Shown in pieces: positions 12,901-24,900 of a stretch of DNA of 64,000 bases. The notes beneath the pieces were generated by a model, which saw only the letters and a program-made list of their open reading frames with translations, was not told the origin of the DNA and ran no database searches. The stretch covers positions 57,846,001 through 57,910,000 of the forward strand of contig OZ249436.1 in NCBI GenBank assembly GCA_965235115.1, written 5' to 3'. The DNA comes from Laetmonice hystrix. Its lineage: Eukaryota. Each line of letters opens with the position of its first letter. Position 1 is the first letter of the stretch. The translations under genes and the position numbers were made by a program.

Positions 12901-15900
12901 TGCAAGGCGATCGAACAAAGCGCGAAATTGTCGGGAATCCAGACGAAAGTAATTGTAACAGTAAACATATAGTGTACTGAAGATTAGCACTATTAGAAAT
13001 GCATGTACTTTAAATTCAGGTAAAGAGTTGTGGCTACTGGTTTAACTGTTTTCTTCCCACTGATCGTTGCAATTTTCTATTGTACATTTGTAAGAATTTT
13101 ACACCCCTACTCGGAAGTATTACATGTCCATATCCTTTCCAAGCCTGAGTGGGAATGACTGTTACTGGTCAGGTGGCTGTTTATAGGGTTTGATTGATAT
13201 TGAAGGTTTAATACAATCATCGAAATGTTACTCTACTGAACTCAAGTTGTTATTTTCCACGATTGCAGCCTTGTGGAGTTGTTTGAAGGAGGCTCGGGTG
13301 GGCTGTCTGTTCTGAGAACCTTCCGACTCCTACGAATCCTGAAACTTGTTCGGTTTATGCCGGCTCTCCGCTACCAATTAGTTGTTATGCTGCGAACCAT
13401 GGACAATGTCGCTACATTTTTCGCCCTCCTCATCCTGTTCATCTTTATATTCAGGTAAGTTTCATTCTCTGCCTTACCCACGTACTACGTATTATATCTG
13501 GATTCCTGGATGGCTTATCTTAATTGTAGCGCAATAATTTTGACCTCATCTCATCTTATTACATTTATTCATGGTACGTTTTAGGCGTTTATGATCCAAG
13601 CTATGCAATAATCATACTGGATACATTTACTTGAATTTTCAATTATTCTGTATCCCATAAAACATGAGGATAAAATGTTTCGGTATTGACATCTAACGGA
13701 GTTTTGATTATTGATATGATGTGACCCTGTCGTATGAATACCATTGTGATTACATTTAGAGATTTTCTGTGAAAGAGTAATATTGTACTGTGTCTAGCCC
13801 TCCTCCGTCGTCATTGTAAAATGTGTGGGCCAGTTATAATACTTATACAACTTAGAAACGTAAATCTGATTGAAACATATCAAGATCATTATCAGATCTC
13901 TTTGAAATAGGCTACACATAGATAAATTATTTTTTGTAAGTGTTAAAATGTGTGTTATTTTCCTTCCAACCCTTATCCAATTACTCCCCAACCATGTTGG
14001 CAGTGATAATACCTTTTTGTGCTATGATTTATTCCTTGCCCTCTCTGCCTTAAACCAACCCATCTTTCTCGTTCTACTCTTTGTAAACTTTCCCATTTAA
14101 TGTATTGTTGCATGCATCTTTCTCTCTCTTGCCTCAGGTCTATTTTTTGTATATTACCATACGTTCTAGAGATTTTAATGTCATAATGAAAAGCGATTTA
14201 TTCAGTTTAAAACCTCTGATGAGTTGAAATTTCATTTTAGGTTTCAAATGTAGGCGAAAATGAGCATTTAATGTTGTAATGGTATCGTTCTGCATTGTTT
14301 CTAATGACATGCCGTCTTTTCTAAGCATCTAGCATTAAACAAAATATTGTCAGCCTAGTGAAGAGCAAAGGTATCGTGTTACAACGCACAACTTCTGACT
14401 CGACAACACCCTATGATTGCTCGATGTCTCTCGGGTGTAGACACGACTGATTTTTGCTATGCTTGTGGTTGCCTCGCACAGCATTCTGGGTATGAACCTG
14501 TTTGGGTGCAAGTTTTGCGAGAAGCTGAAGAACGGACGAGAGAAGTGCGGCCGCAAGAATTTTGACTCCCTACTGTGGGCCATAGTAACTGTGTTTCAGG
14601 TAGTAACACTTGAGGGCGCTGTGCACCCTTCGCATGAGAGTCTGTCATGGCCATGTCACTGTTAGTGTTGCCAGCTCGTTTATATATTCTCTATATTTCA
14701 ACATGTTTTGTGAGCGTAGGTCAAGTATCAGTTTTAGTTGTATAAGTTATCATTGCATCCACGTAACTGTCGTTCTCTGTCTTTCTTTGGTAGCTGTTCG
14801 TTTATGTTGACGCGTAGTTTAGGTTATGACGTTATTTCATTGTCATGAAAGTCCCTTTTTCCAAATCTAGCGAACGTTACTAAGTGAACTGCCATAGTTG
14901 TTGTGCAATACGGCATCTAACAAAGTTCGTGTCTGTGAATTTGTCAAGGCCCGCGAGGTCTCAACAGTATTGCAGTATTGATGGGCAAAACCAGCAATAC
15001 GGAGTTGTATAGAAATGACAGATGAGCATTAATTATGAAAACAGTTTGAAACGGCGACGCTAAAATTTCAGAGTAACATTATGCCCTCTATTCTGCTCAC
15101 CTCCGTTGAGGGGCCCAGATAATGTCTCTCTCACTAGCACCAGTTCCTACGGGCTATATGGACCAGTTCCTACGGGGTTTAGTCGGGGGAGGGGGGGGGG
15201 CTGGGTGGGAAATGGTCTATTTTAGGGGGATTTGCCATCGTCCTAGACAAGCATCCCGTTTTATGATTTCAATCATGGCTTTATTTTTGGATTGTGGACA
15301 TTCTATAAGATTTAGGAACTATTTTTGTAGTCGCTCCATCTTTTCGAGAAGTAGTGAAGACATTTCGAGTGTGAGTGTGTGCCTGCGCGCGTCGGTCTGT
15401 TTACGTACCAGAGATTGAACAATGAGTCACAATTTTAAACACAAGAGCTCATCTTCTGTACATATACAGGGCACCTGTGTAGCTCACCTACCGACACCTA
15501 TCTTACCCTTAGAGACCATGGCACGCTGCCCAATGAGCGGTCCATTGAGGTCTCGGAAATAACTATTTCCCCATCTTACTTCTTAGTACCGACTCGTCTA
15601 CATCAGTGTGTCAAGGTCTTGGGGTATGCTAAATGTTGTCTAACTAACTCCTCAAAGGGTCCTGCTGTTCATACTAAACATCACTCGATAAAGCAAAGTA
15701 AACGTCATGGCTGAAAGAAGTCGCTTCAATCTGAAAGAAACCTCAAGTCTAACAACAGCAATGGCTGAACATCCAAGGAATTGGTGTTAATGTTGAACGG
15801 CAGCAGGATCCACTTCTCCTCTCAAACTTCGTGACCTTCCTACACTTCCTTTCTGTCCACCTTAATGACTCACCTCTGCCCCCGGCCCCCTGCCCCCTGC

Positions 15901-18900
15901 CCCCTGCCCCTGCCCCCTGCCCCCAGCATTTCCCCCAGCATTTCACATCTCACAAGACACAAAGCGAGAACACGGGCGGACGAGAGCTGCGACACATCAG
16001 TGCGCTACCGACGACAACTTAAGTTCTGTCACAGTGTTGTTTTTCGTTTGCATGTGCAGCGTACTTGGCATGCACTTGTTTGGCGGTAAGTTCTCTGAAC
16101 ACCCGGATGGGTCCCCCTGTTCCTGTGACGCAATTCGCAATGGCACGCTCTGCAGGGTCGACAGAAAAAATTTTGACACCCTTCTTTGGTCTCTGATAAC
16201 AGTGTTCCAGGTAAATACTGCTTTGTTGGTTTTGTTTTAATATTCGGGTTATATCAGCAATTACTTTATAATTGAGTGACATTTACAGTGGTCTACACAG
16301 ATGATTATTATGTTAATTGATGGGGGAAAAAGAGAAAGGAAGAACTCTATGAAAAAAGGCCCGGGGACCGATATTGCTAGGGGGTAGAGTGACTGAAGTT
16401 AAATGTATTTCGGATCTATGTTGGCTTTTCCACCAAACATAGAGTTTTATAAGTCTAGTTTTCGACAAGTGGATTATTTGTAGTAAATTATTTTTCCAAG
16501 TGTTGGCGAAATACTTCAAACGACATCAATGGTCACTTGATACTGCATTACTGTATTCTGAAAATAGTGCTGAAAAGACACACAATGTCAAAATGCCTCT
16601 TATTATGACATTCAGGTATAGATATGTATGGAAAATCAAAAATAATTTGGCCTATGGCTAATACATGTTCGAAAATTTTCCAAATTGAAATCTGGTTATA
16701 AGATGGAAGAATACAGTATATGTACTCATTGATGTACTTCAGTATATTATTGTACCTTCCTGTATTTGATGTACATATTGTATCTATCTGTACCATGGCT
16801 AGATTTTACGGCAAGCATTTGCAATAGTCCGCTTCCAACTACCCCGTGTGACATGGTGTTGAGTGCTTTCTTTAATGGTTAATAGTTAAACTTTTTCCCA
16901 TCTGTGGACACTGTATCTTTGTGAACCTTCTACGGTTGTTAAGTATACATTGGCATTTTCTAACAAAAAGGGATTCGCTTCATTATATGACTCTCTTATT
17001 AGCAACGGTGCTTTCAGTGCTAAAGTAAAGTAGAACTGGTTTTTGCTGACCACTGATTTTAATGGAGATAATTCTGGGGGGTTCTGTTAGATATAGTTGG
17101 TCCAAGTGACCGTGTTGTTGGAGTAGAAGCCACCATATAGGACGACTCGGAGACAGCCATAGCGCCAGCCATGATTTGCAAATAAGAGATTTCGTCAAGT
17201 TGTGTCTTGACGTTATGGATTGCTAGAGGCACGACTTCGTTAACAGTGTATGACGGTCCGGAGAGGAAGTCGGCCCTCTATAGTTGTTTAGAATGGGTTG
17301 GGAGACTGGTGCTTACCTGGGGCTTAAGACATTTAGCTCAGGCGAGTTTTCTGGGAGGACGGTCTGGTAAACAAATATCGGCCATTTGAAATCCTTTTAG
17401 GAAATGTGCTAATCTGGTCTGTAAATTCTGCCAAGTAAAAGCAGTCGCAGGTTATGTAAATGGTATCAAATGCCTCTTTCTGCGACATCGATAAAATCGG
17501 ATTTCTTTGCGACTGCTACAACGCCGTAAACGAACTTAAAAAACTCGAGTTGAAGGATTGTCGGCGAGAATTTACTGGCTGGGATGTACATTAAAGATGC
17601 ATGAATTGGTTCACAACGTACTTGTGATGGCATTTCTTAAGATGGATTAGGTTTGTCACTCCAGACTATGATGGCTACACATATGTTATGGATGCTTTTC
17701 CTAAAGGTTCTGTACAATAAAAGTAATGAATAAATAACTATGAATGAATAGAGTCAAAATGATAGAAGAGCGTGAGTTTAGAAATGGAGAACAACTGAAA
17801 AATAATGGATCTTGGTAGCTCTCGAGAGTGAGTCGTGGCCTGAAATTAGCCCGTGCCGAGAGAAGAGGTCATAGTTTTGCCTTGTGACCTTACAAAACGG
17901 TATGCCGATACACTAAACGTCGTGTAGCAGCCAGAAACATGTGTCAGGTGTGTCATGCAGTGTCGAGTTTGAAACTGTGCAGCGTTAACCTCTGTCAGAG
18001 GAACACTGCCTGTCAGTACCGACAGTCCAGTGTACGCATTCACTATTTCTTCAAGCCGAGCTATACGCCCGTAAATCTAGCACCACGAGGGTCCCCTCCA
18101 CGGTGATATAACCTTATGGGGCCTGGGCTGCTGCAGGTCGTATTATATAACAGTGGGGGCACTTATCGCAGCTATAATATAGGGAGACGACAGGTATGGG
18201 TCTCCGCATGGCCAGTCGTTACGTGTCCTGAATAAGGCACCTGAGGCTTCCCGAGAAATACTCTCACCAAACAAACGCCTAGTTAACATGAAACATAAAT
18301 TTGGCTCCTTGGAGTCGTTCAAAAACCGTCCAAGTATTGGCGCGTCCGGCAACCTGACCATGCATAATATATATACCAACAGCACAACGTGAAAGAATAA
18401 CATATAGAGGGAGAAAATGCAATTTTGTTTTTATTTTTCATGCCTGACACAGGCTTACCACTGAATGTTGACTGAATTACTCAAAACGTTGTGATAAACC
18501 ATCTTGGTAATTGTCAAATCTGAAGGCTGAGTGACCTTTAACATATCACGATTACTATCGAGATTTATACGATTAAAAATTTGTGATTTACACGTACGTC
18601 ATGGATGTTTATCGTGTTACAGACTATTGTAGGGTTTGTATCTAATTGAGGTTCCTCCATCCCTTTAGATCCTCACCCAAGAGGATTGGAACGAGGTGCT
18701 TTATAATGGAATGCACAAGACCTCTGCATGGGCTGCGCTCTACTTTATCGCCCTAATGACATTCGGAAACTATGTTCTCTTCAACCTACTCGTCGCCATC
18801 CTTGTTGAAGGCTTTTCAACAGAGGTAAGAACCCCATTTTTATAATACTGGGTAGATACAGCCTAGATAATATTATCTGAAGGAAAGGTATTGCCACTAA

Positions 18901-21900
18901 TATATTTGGAGTTCATTATGTATGATGTATTACGACATGTTCTTTCAGCGGACGACAACAGAACCTTGTCACTTTTATAACATACATCATTTCGCTGACC
19001 AGTATTTTCTTCTTCTTGTACGTGTTACAGGATTTTTTTTCGGTGTGAAATGGTTGACATTAGAATGCGTTCCCTTTCTGATTCTGATGGTAATACGTGT
19101 TGGAAATGTCGACACTGACAGCACTCCGGTTAGGGCGAGTTCCGTAGCCCGGGCATAAGCGATGCCAACGGATTTAGCAGCGGAGGAAGCTCTGCTGGCC
19201 TCTGGTGGACATGCGCGACCTTTGCTGACCTCAGCTCGGACCACGTCAGTTTTGTCTGACCCCAGTCGTGACCCGTGTAATGTAAGATGGCGCATACGTT
19301 GCCTGCACGGGCCGATATGGAAGAGATGACTGTGGAGCCCGCCATCAAGCTTAACGCGACAATACTATACATTTCTCCTTGATTGTGCAGCCGCCCTTCT
19401 ATTTCTGGAGTCATCATATACCGTGTATCGAATATTTTGGTCTTCAGGCCCACAATTCTCAGATTTGTTGACCTTTCAGTGGAAATATAATTTGGGGGGG
19501 GGGGGGAGGCCTTCAATCTTGACCATCTGTATTTCTTACTTGATCTAATGTTGTAAATATAATTTGGAGACACCCTTACAAGTGTGGGAGTAATGCACTG
19601 CTGTGGGTGCGTGTGTAGTTAGATGCGTGTTTGGTGGGGATCAACCGTTTAATAAAGAGGTCTAGGTTTTCCCCATCTGAGAGGGCAATGAAGACTAGAC
19701 TGGAGCAGGGACCGCTCTGTGCTTGAGACTTGCAGCCTAAACGTATTGGTGTTCTCTGCCCATGTACTGACGAGAAGCTTATGTTGTGGAATGTAGACAG
19801 GGGATTTTCGGTAGCACAATGAAAAAGCATACCCTCAGTAGCCTTGCATAGAACAAGATGTATGGGCGAGTGTATTGGCATCCTTTGTAAATCTCTGGCA
19901 AGTAAAGGCAACCCCTTGAGATCGTTCTATCTTCCCGATCCCAACGTAAAACACATCGTGACAGTGATGGTCTTGAACATGCCAAGCGGGGCCATGGTCT
20001 TGGCAACAGACTGGGGGATATTTTCCAGTTCCCGAGGTACAAAAAGTGGGTCCGAGTTATTACTTCCTGTGACGACGTAAACCCGGCAGACGAGAGACAC
20101 AGTGGTGGTACCGTGGTAAATGGGCGTTCATGACACATCAGATTCTGTCAGGGTCGCCGCTCCGTGGCGCGGTCTCTAGCCGTGATGCTGCTGATCGACA
20201 CCCGCGATTGGTAGGGGAGTTAGCTAATGCTGATTGATTGGAAATGGTTCATCCTAGCTAAGGGCCTCATAGATCTGAATCAAATCTTCCCCGGATAATA
20301 TCGCTGTGGTGGATGTCCTCGAGGAGCACCCATGGAAACAACCAGGCCCAAGGGGCGGGCTTAAAGGCACCGTGGAGGACCTGCAGATGTGTTGGGTGTC
20401 TTTTTTTGTTTGTACGGATAGTTTGGAAGTTAGGAAGATTGGAAGATAGTTTGAACCTGTTACCCTTAACATGTGTAACTATAAATTATTCGTTGCCACA
20501 TTTACCCTTACCGAAATGTCTGGTTGTGACGTAGAAGTTGTCTGTCACGAAGAGTCTCCGAGTCATCAAAATTGACGAAACAAAAGTCCACACGTCAATG
20601 GCCATCATATATCCAATCCAATATTGCGCTAATTTCAGTGATTCTATAAATAGATTCCAGAAATATAGATATAATTACATATTAGGTGATTATCTGGGGT
20701 TCATCATTCATTGTCGATTGCTTTATCCTGAATTTTCACATACAGTCTCGATGCTTACATAGGTTATGGCATAGATTGCTGAGGCTTTGTGTATGATAAG
20801 ACATTGCCTGATCCCTGTCCTACATTAACAACAAAAGTCAATGTTTATATCGACGTAGCCATTACAGGCCTAGACAGAGCTGAACTGAATATCCCCCATC
20901 TCTCGTTTACCAGATGAATGAATGAACTATTAGCATTTGTTATTCAATAGATACATGCCAACCAAAATGATCATCCCCAAGACGGTAAATACAAAAGAGA
21001 ACGTTAGGCACACTAATATATAATACGAAATAGAGAAAAAATCCATGAACGTGGGCAGTCAGTGTTATCTGTGTGAATTCTGATGTCGATGTCTGGGTCT
21101 TAAATCGAAGAATAGCATAAAGGAAACTAACCTCAATTTTCAAGGATGATGATAAGAAGAAAAACAAAGAAGAAGAAAAAGAAGAGGGTGATGATGATGG
21201 TGAGGAAGAGAAACCAGTGGATGAGAATGAGGGCGCTGACGATGTGAAGGTAGACTGTACTAGACCGTCAAGTGCACATCGTAGTGGTGTTATAAGGTTC
21301 AGGTCGCCTAGCCTTCCTTCCCGACCCTCGGACATCTGTTGGTAGGCGTACGTTCATCTCGGGCGTCGCACAATTACTATTTCACATGTATTGAACCGCT
21401 AACACAGGACCCTTTGGCCGTATATCGTGTCCCGCTTTGATGGGACAGCCAAAGTTGTCACACTGCCCCACGGGCAGAACGTTGGTATCTATATGGACAT
21501 ACTTCAAACAGATACATGTGAAACAGTTTGACGTACCAGTAGATGCAAGCTAGGCTTGTGTCTGTTGCCTAGGCTTGTACCGGGAAGGTACATTTGCACT
21601 GACTCGGCATGGTGTGGGAGTGTTTTCATTAGCAGTGTTTCTTTTAAGTTGAAGACCACGCTTTCTATGTCTTCCCAGCGCACAGCCTGAGGGAGAGGTC
21701 CACAAGTAGGGTAGATGGGGGTGAAGCAGGAGTCCCACGCCTACTAAAAGTGCACACTGTCTCTCCCTTTCAGAATAATATGGTTCACCAGAGAAAAACC
21801 ATGTCGTTTTTCTCTGGCCCTTCTTCACTGTTACGATGATTAAGTTCTACCTTAATATCATCGTCGCCACGTACCTATCTGTTGATCTATCTAGCTCTGG

Positions 21901-24900
21901 TGTGGCGCACACTGCATCGTAATGTATCATTATCTTTTTAAGTTGGTAGTCCTGCTCAAAATCCATGAATAAGTTTCCAAGCCAAAGTGAAGGAAAGAAG
22001 GAAAGAATAAACAAATACAAAGAAAGAGAGAGAAAGGAAATTTTGTAAGGCAGAGCTAGAATAGATAGAGTTAAGTTATACCAGTACTAGTAGCTTTTTG
22101 GGCTTGAATTATCTAGAAAAAAAATAGAGAGATGTTTTCATAGTTTTTACACTTTCACTTTGAGTTCTCATACATGTGTGAGCATCACTGTCTATTTTCG
22201 TATAGACTCTGAATATAGCTCCCCTCATCACATAATATAGTATCAAGTCACCCTTGGAGTGCTCACTTATTATTCGGATTATAATCTGCCGTGTCACCCT
22301 AAACTCAGAACACACAGGGATGTGCAGAACGTAACAATTCCTACGTTTTGTGCAGTATGAGAAGGTTGTTCACTGCTTCTTAAAAAAGAGCACTGTATAA
22401 CGCCGAATGGGGAACTAACCATGGCGATTAATGCTTTTGGTTTTAATGCTCATTTAATATTTTACTTTTGTGGCTGATTTTTGAGCTCTCCCATGCTGGG
22501 CATCATTACCAGCTGCAGATAAAACAAAAGGGGATTTCGTACAATACCTTTTTTTGTAAGATAACTTAACCGATTTCACCTTCTTTTCTTAGTTAAGCTC
22601 TATAGAGAGACGATTCTCTTCATGATATTAAAAGTACGATAATATAATAGCTAGTCTATAAAAATCATGAAAATAACTATCAACTGAGTATTTACGTTTG
22701 ATTATTTTTGCTTTTGATATAATTATTTCTTTGTGGTTTGATTAAATATAAGTATAATACCGAGGCCATGTAAAACTTAAGTAAGACCGAAGCACATTAA
22801 CTATTTAATTATGTTGTCGCCACCACTCTGTAGTCTTAAGTGTATATATATATGTCTACAGTATCCTGTTAGTATATAATCTGTTCTTAAGGAAGCTAAT
22901 TACGAACTGTTGTTTGCATGTATGCATGTTACATTGCCGTCCCATCAGGAGGGAGAAGAAAGTGAATTAAGAGCAGTCGAACTTGCAGAGAATCTTGAAA
23001 TGGAATTGAAGGAAAAGGAAATGGCCGTGGTAACAGAGGTAATACCCCATGAAATGACACTCTGATACGCTTGACATCTTAGAACCCCTATTCGGTCCAA
23101 TGATTAGACAACACCGCTTTCGTTAAGGACGAGGATAGTCGTAGTTCACGTACGTTAGACCTCCCTTTCCCCTGATGTCACATGTTCCTGGTTTTAGGAT
23201 ATTCTTGACATTCTTGACATTTCGTTTACAGGTTGAAGACATTTTGCAGATGTGATTGACAGACTGGTATCATGACACTGATCACTGTTTTCTTGGAGAA
23301 CGTACAAAAAATGTGTAGACCTCCTATTGCAGGTTTCTAGGCATTGTTCCATTGTGTGTATCGTTAGACAGACAGATGTCACACTTTTTTTTTACAGTTG
23401 TAAAATGATACATGCAGACTATACCCCATGAAAATCATTGCTTACAGTGTGGTTACATAGTTAGCAAACATGGTCGCTGGTGACTTACATATGAGACAGT
23501 TGCACAGTGTGAACGCATGGTTTGGAAAAATGTGACCTGACCTCTCATGGTCATGATAAATCTCTCTTTAAAATTGATAAGTGGTCAGAAAACAAACCCT
23601 CTTCTTCTGCAAACGCTTAATGTCATCTTACTGGTAAACTTCAGGGTGAGGATCAGAAGAAAAAAGAGGAACAAGAAAAAGAAAAAGAAGCAGAGGCAGC
23701 AGCTCTAGAAGCAAAGAAGATTGAAAAGGATACCAACAAGCATGTCATGAAACAGAAGGCCGTCAAGGTCAATGAGGACTGCCATGACAACGACGACCCA
23801 AACGATGTGAAGAACAACAAGGAAAAGGGTGAGTGATAAACGAATGGTTGAGGCTGTCTGATTAATTCTTCTCTGTCAGAGAGTCGGTTGTGTGGGTTCG
23901 TAGTGGCCGTCACCGCCAGAATGAAGGGTGGGGGTGGGGGGGGGGGGGTCAGAGAGACGATGCTGGATCGGGTTCGTGATGAGAGGAGGGAGAATTAGTG
24001 GGAGGGTTGTAGGGACGTGGGGGAGGGAGAATTGGGTTAGTGACCGAACACACATACACTGGTTCGAGCAGTGCAAAGGGCCTGAAAGCGACATCTAGGC
24101 CTACTTATGCAAAGTGCTAAAATTTCAGAATTTTCGTAGAAATCCTATGGTTTGTGATCCCTCAAATTAATGTTTCATTTTCGTATCAGTCTCCCCGATT
24201 TGCGAATCAAGTTCTTCACATAATCTCTCTTTTTCTTTCTTACCGAAAGTTGGCGTAATAATGAATTGTGTTTGGTGTTGGGTCACAGAGAAGAAGATGT
24301 TGGGCCTGCCTCCGTCTGTGTCAGTAACGAAGGATGAGAATGTGAATATGCCGCTACCACTGGCCGTCACCTTTCCCGAGAGTGGGCCTCTAAACCCACC
24401 CATCATCACCCACACGGCTGCCACGCCGGCAGCCACACCACAGGGATCCCCTAACGAGGCCTCCAATAACAAGGACATGAAGAACAACCTGTCTGTGGCC
24501 AGAGCCTTCGATCTCAGCTCCCTGTCGATTGATTCAATCGATAAGAGCTCGGTAAGTGATGTTTTTATGTTTCTAGGATGGTTGACCTGATAAGAATTCA
24601 GTCACCAGTAAAATCTTGCTGTTGTATACTGAAGTATTATACTATATGGTAGTAGCAGATTTCATCTCCACGATGTTTGTTACGGTATTGTACGTCATTT
24701 TGCCTCTCGTTTTCTCATGATCACGGATACTGGACCCGTGTTAGGTTCTTTTCATCTGGGTTTTATGTAACTTGATAGGTTCAGGTGCACTACCAATATT
24801 CATCATTCCATCTGTGCTGGCTGGATTGAACGGTAGTAAACGACTTTTAATTACTTAATCTTCCAGTCAACATTAAGTGTTCGTAGCTCCCCGAAAGTGT

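Noticed and set aside
17150-17620. Minus-strand fragments [12 protein letters not shown] and RYGCL resembling a LINE reverse transcriptase
   Set aside because: Matches are short, spacing is inconsistent and there are many stops; not supportable without a profile search.
18960-20200. GC-richer block with several ORFs, faintly LTR-retroelement-like (SDKVLLSS)
   Set aside because: No RT, RNase H or integrase catalytic motif and no LTR pair found.
20940-21335. 131-aa minus-strand Ser/Phe-rich ORF
   Set aside because: It is the antisense shadow of the purine-rich exon at 21145-21249.
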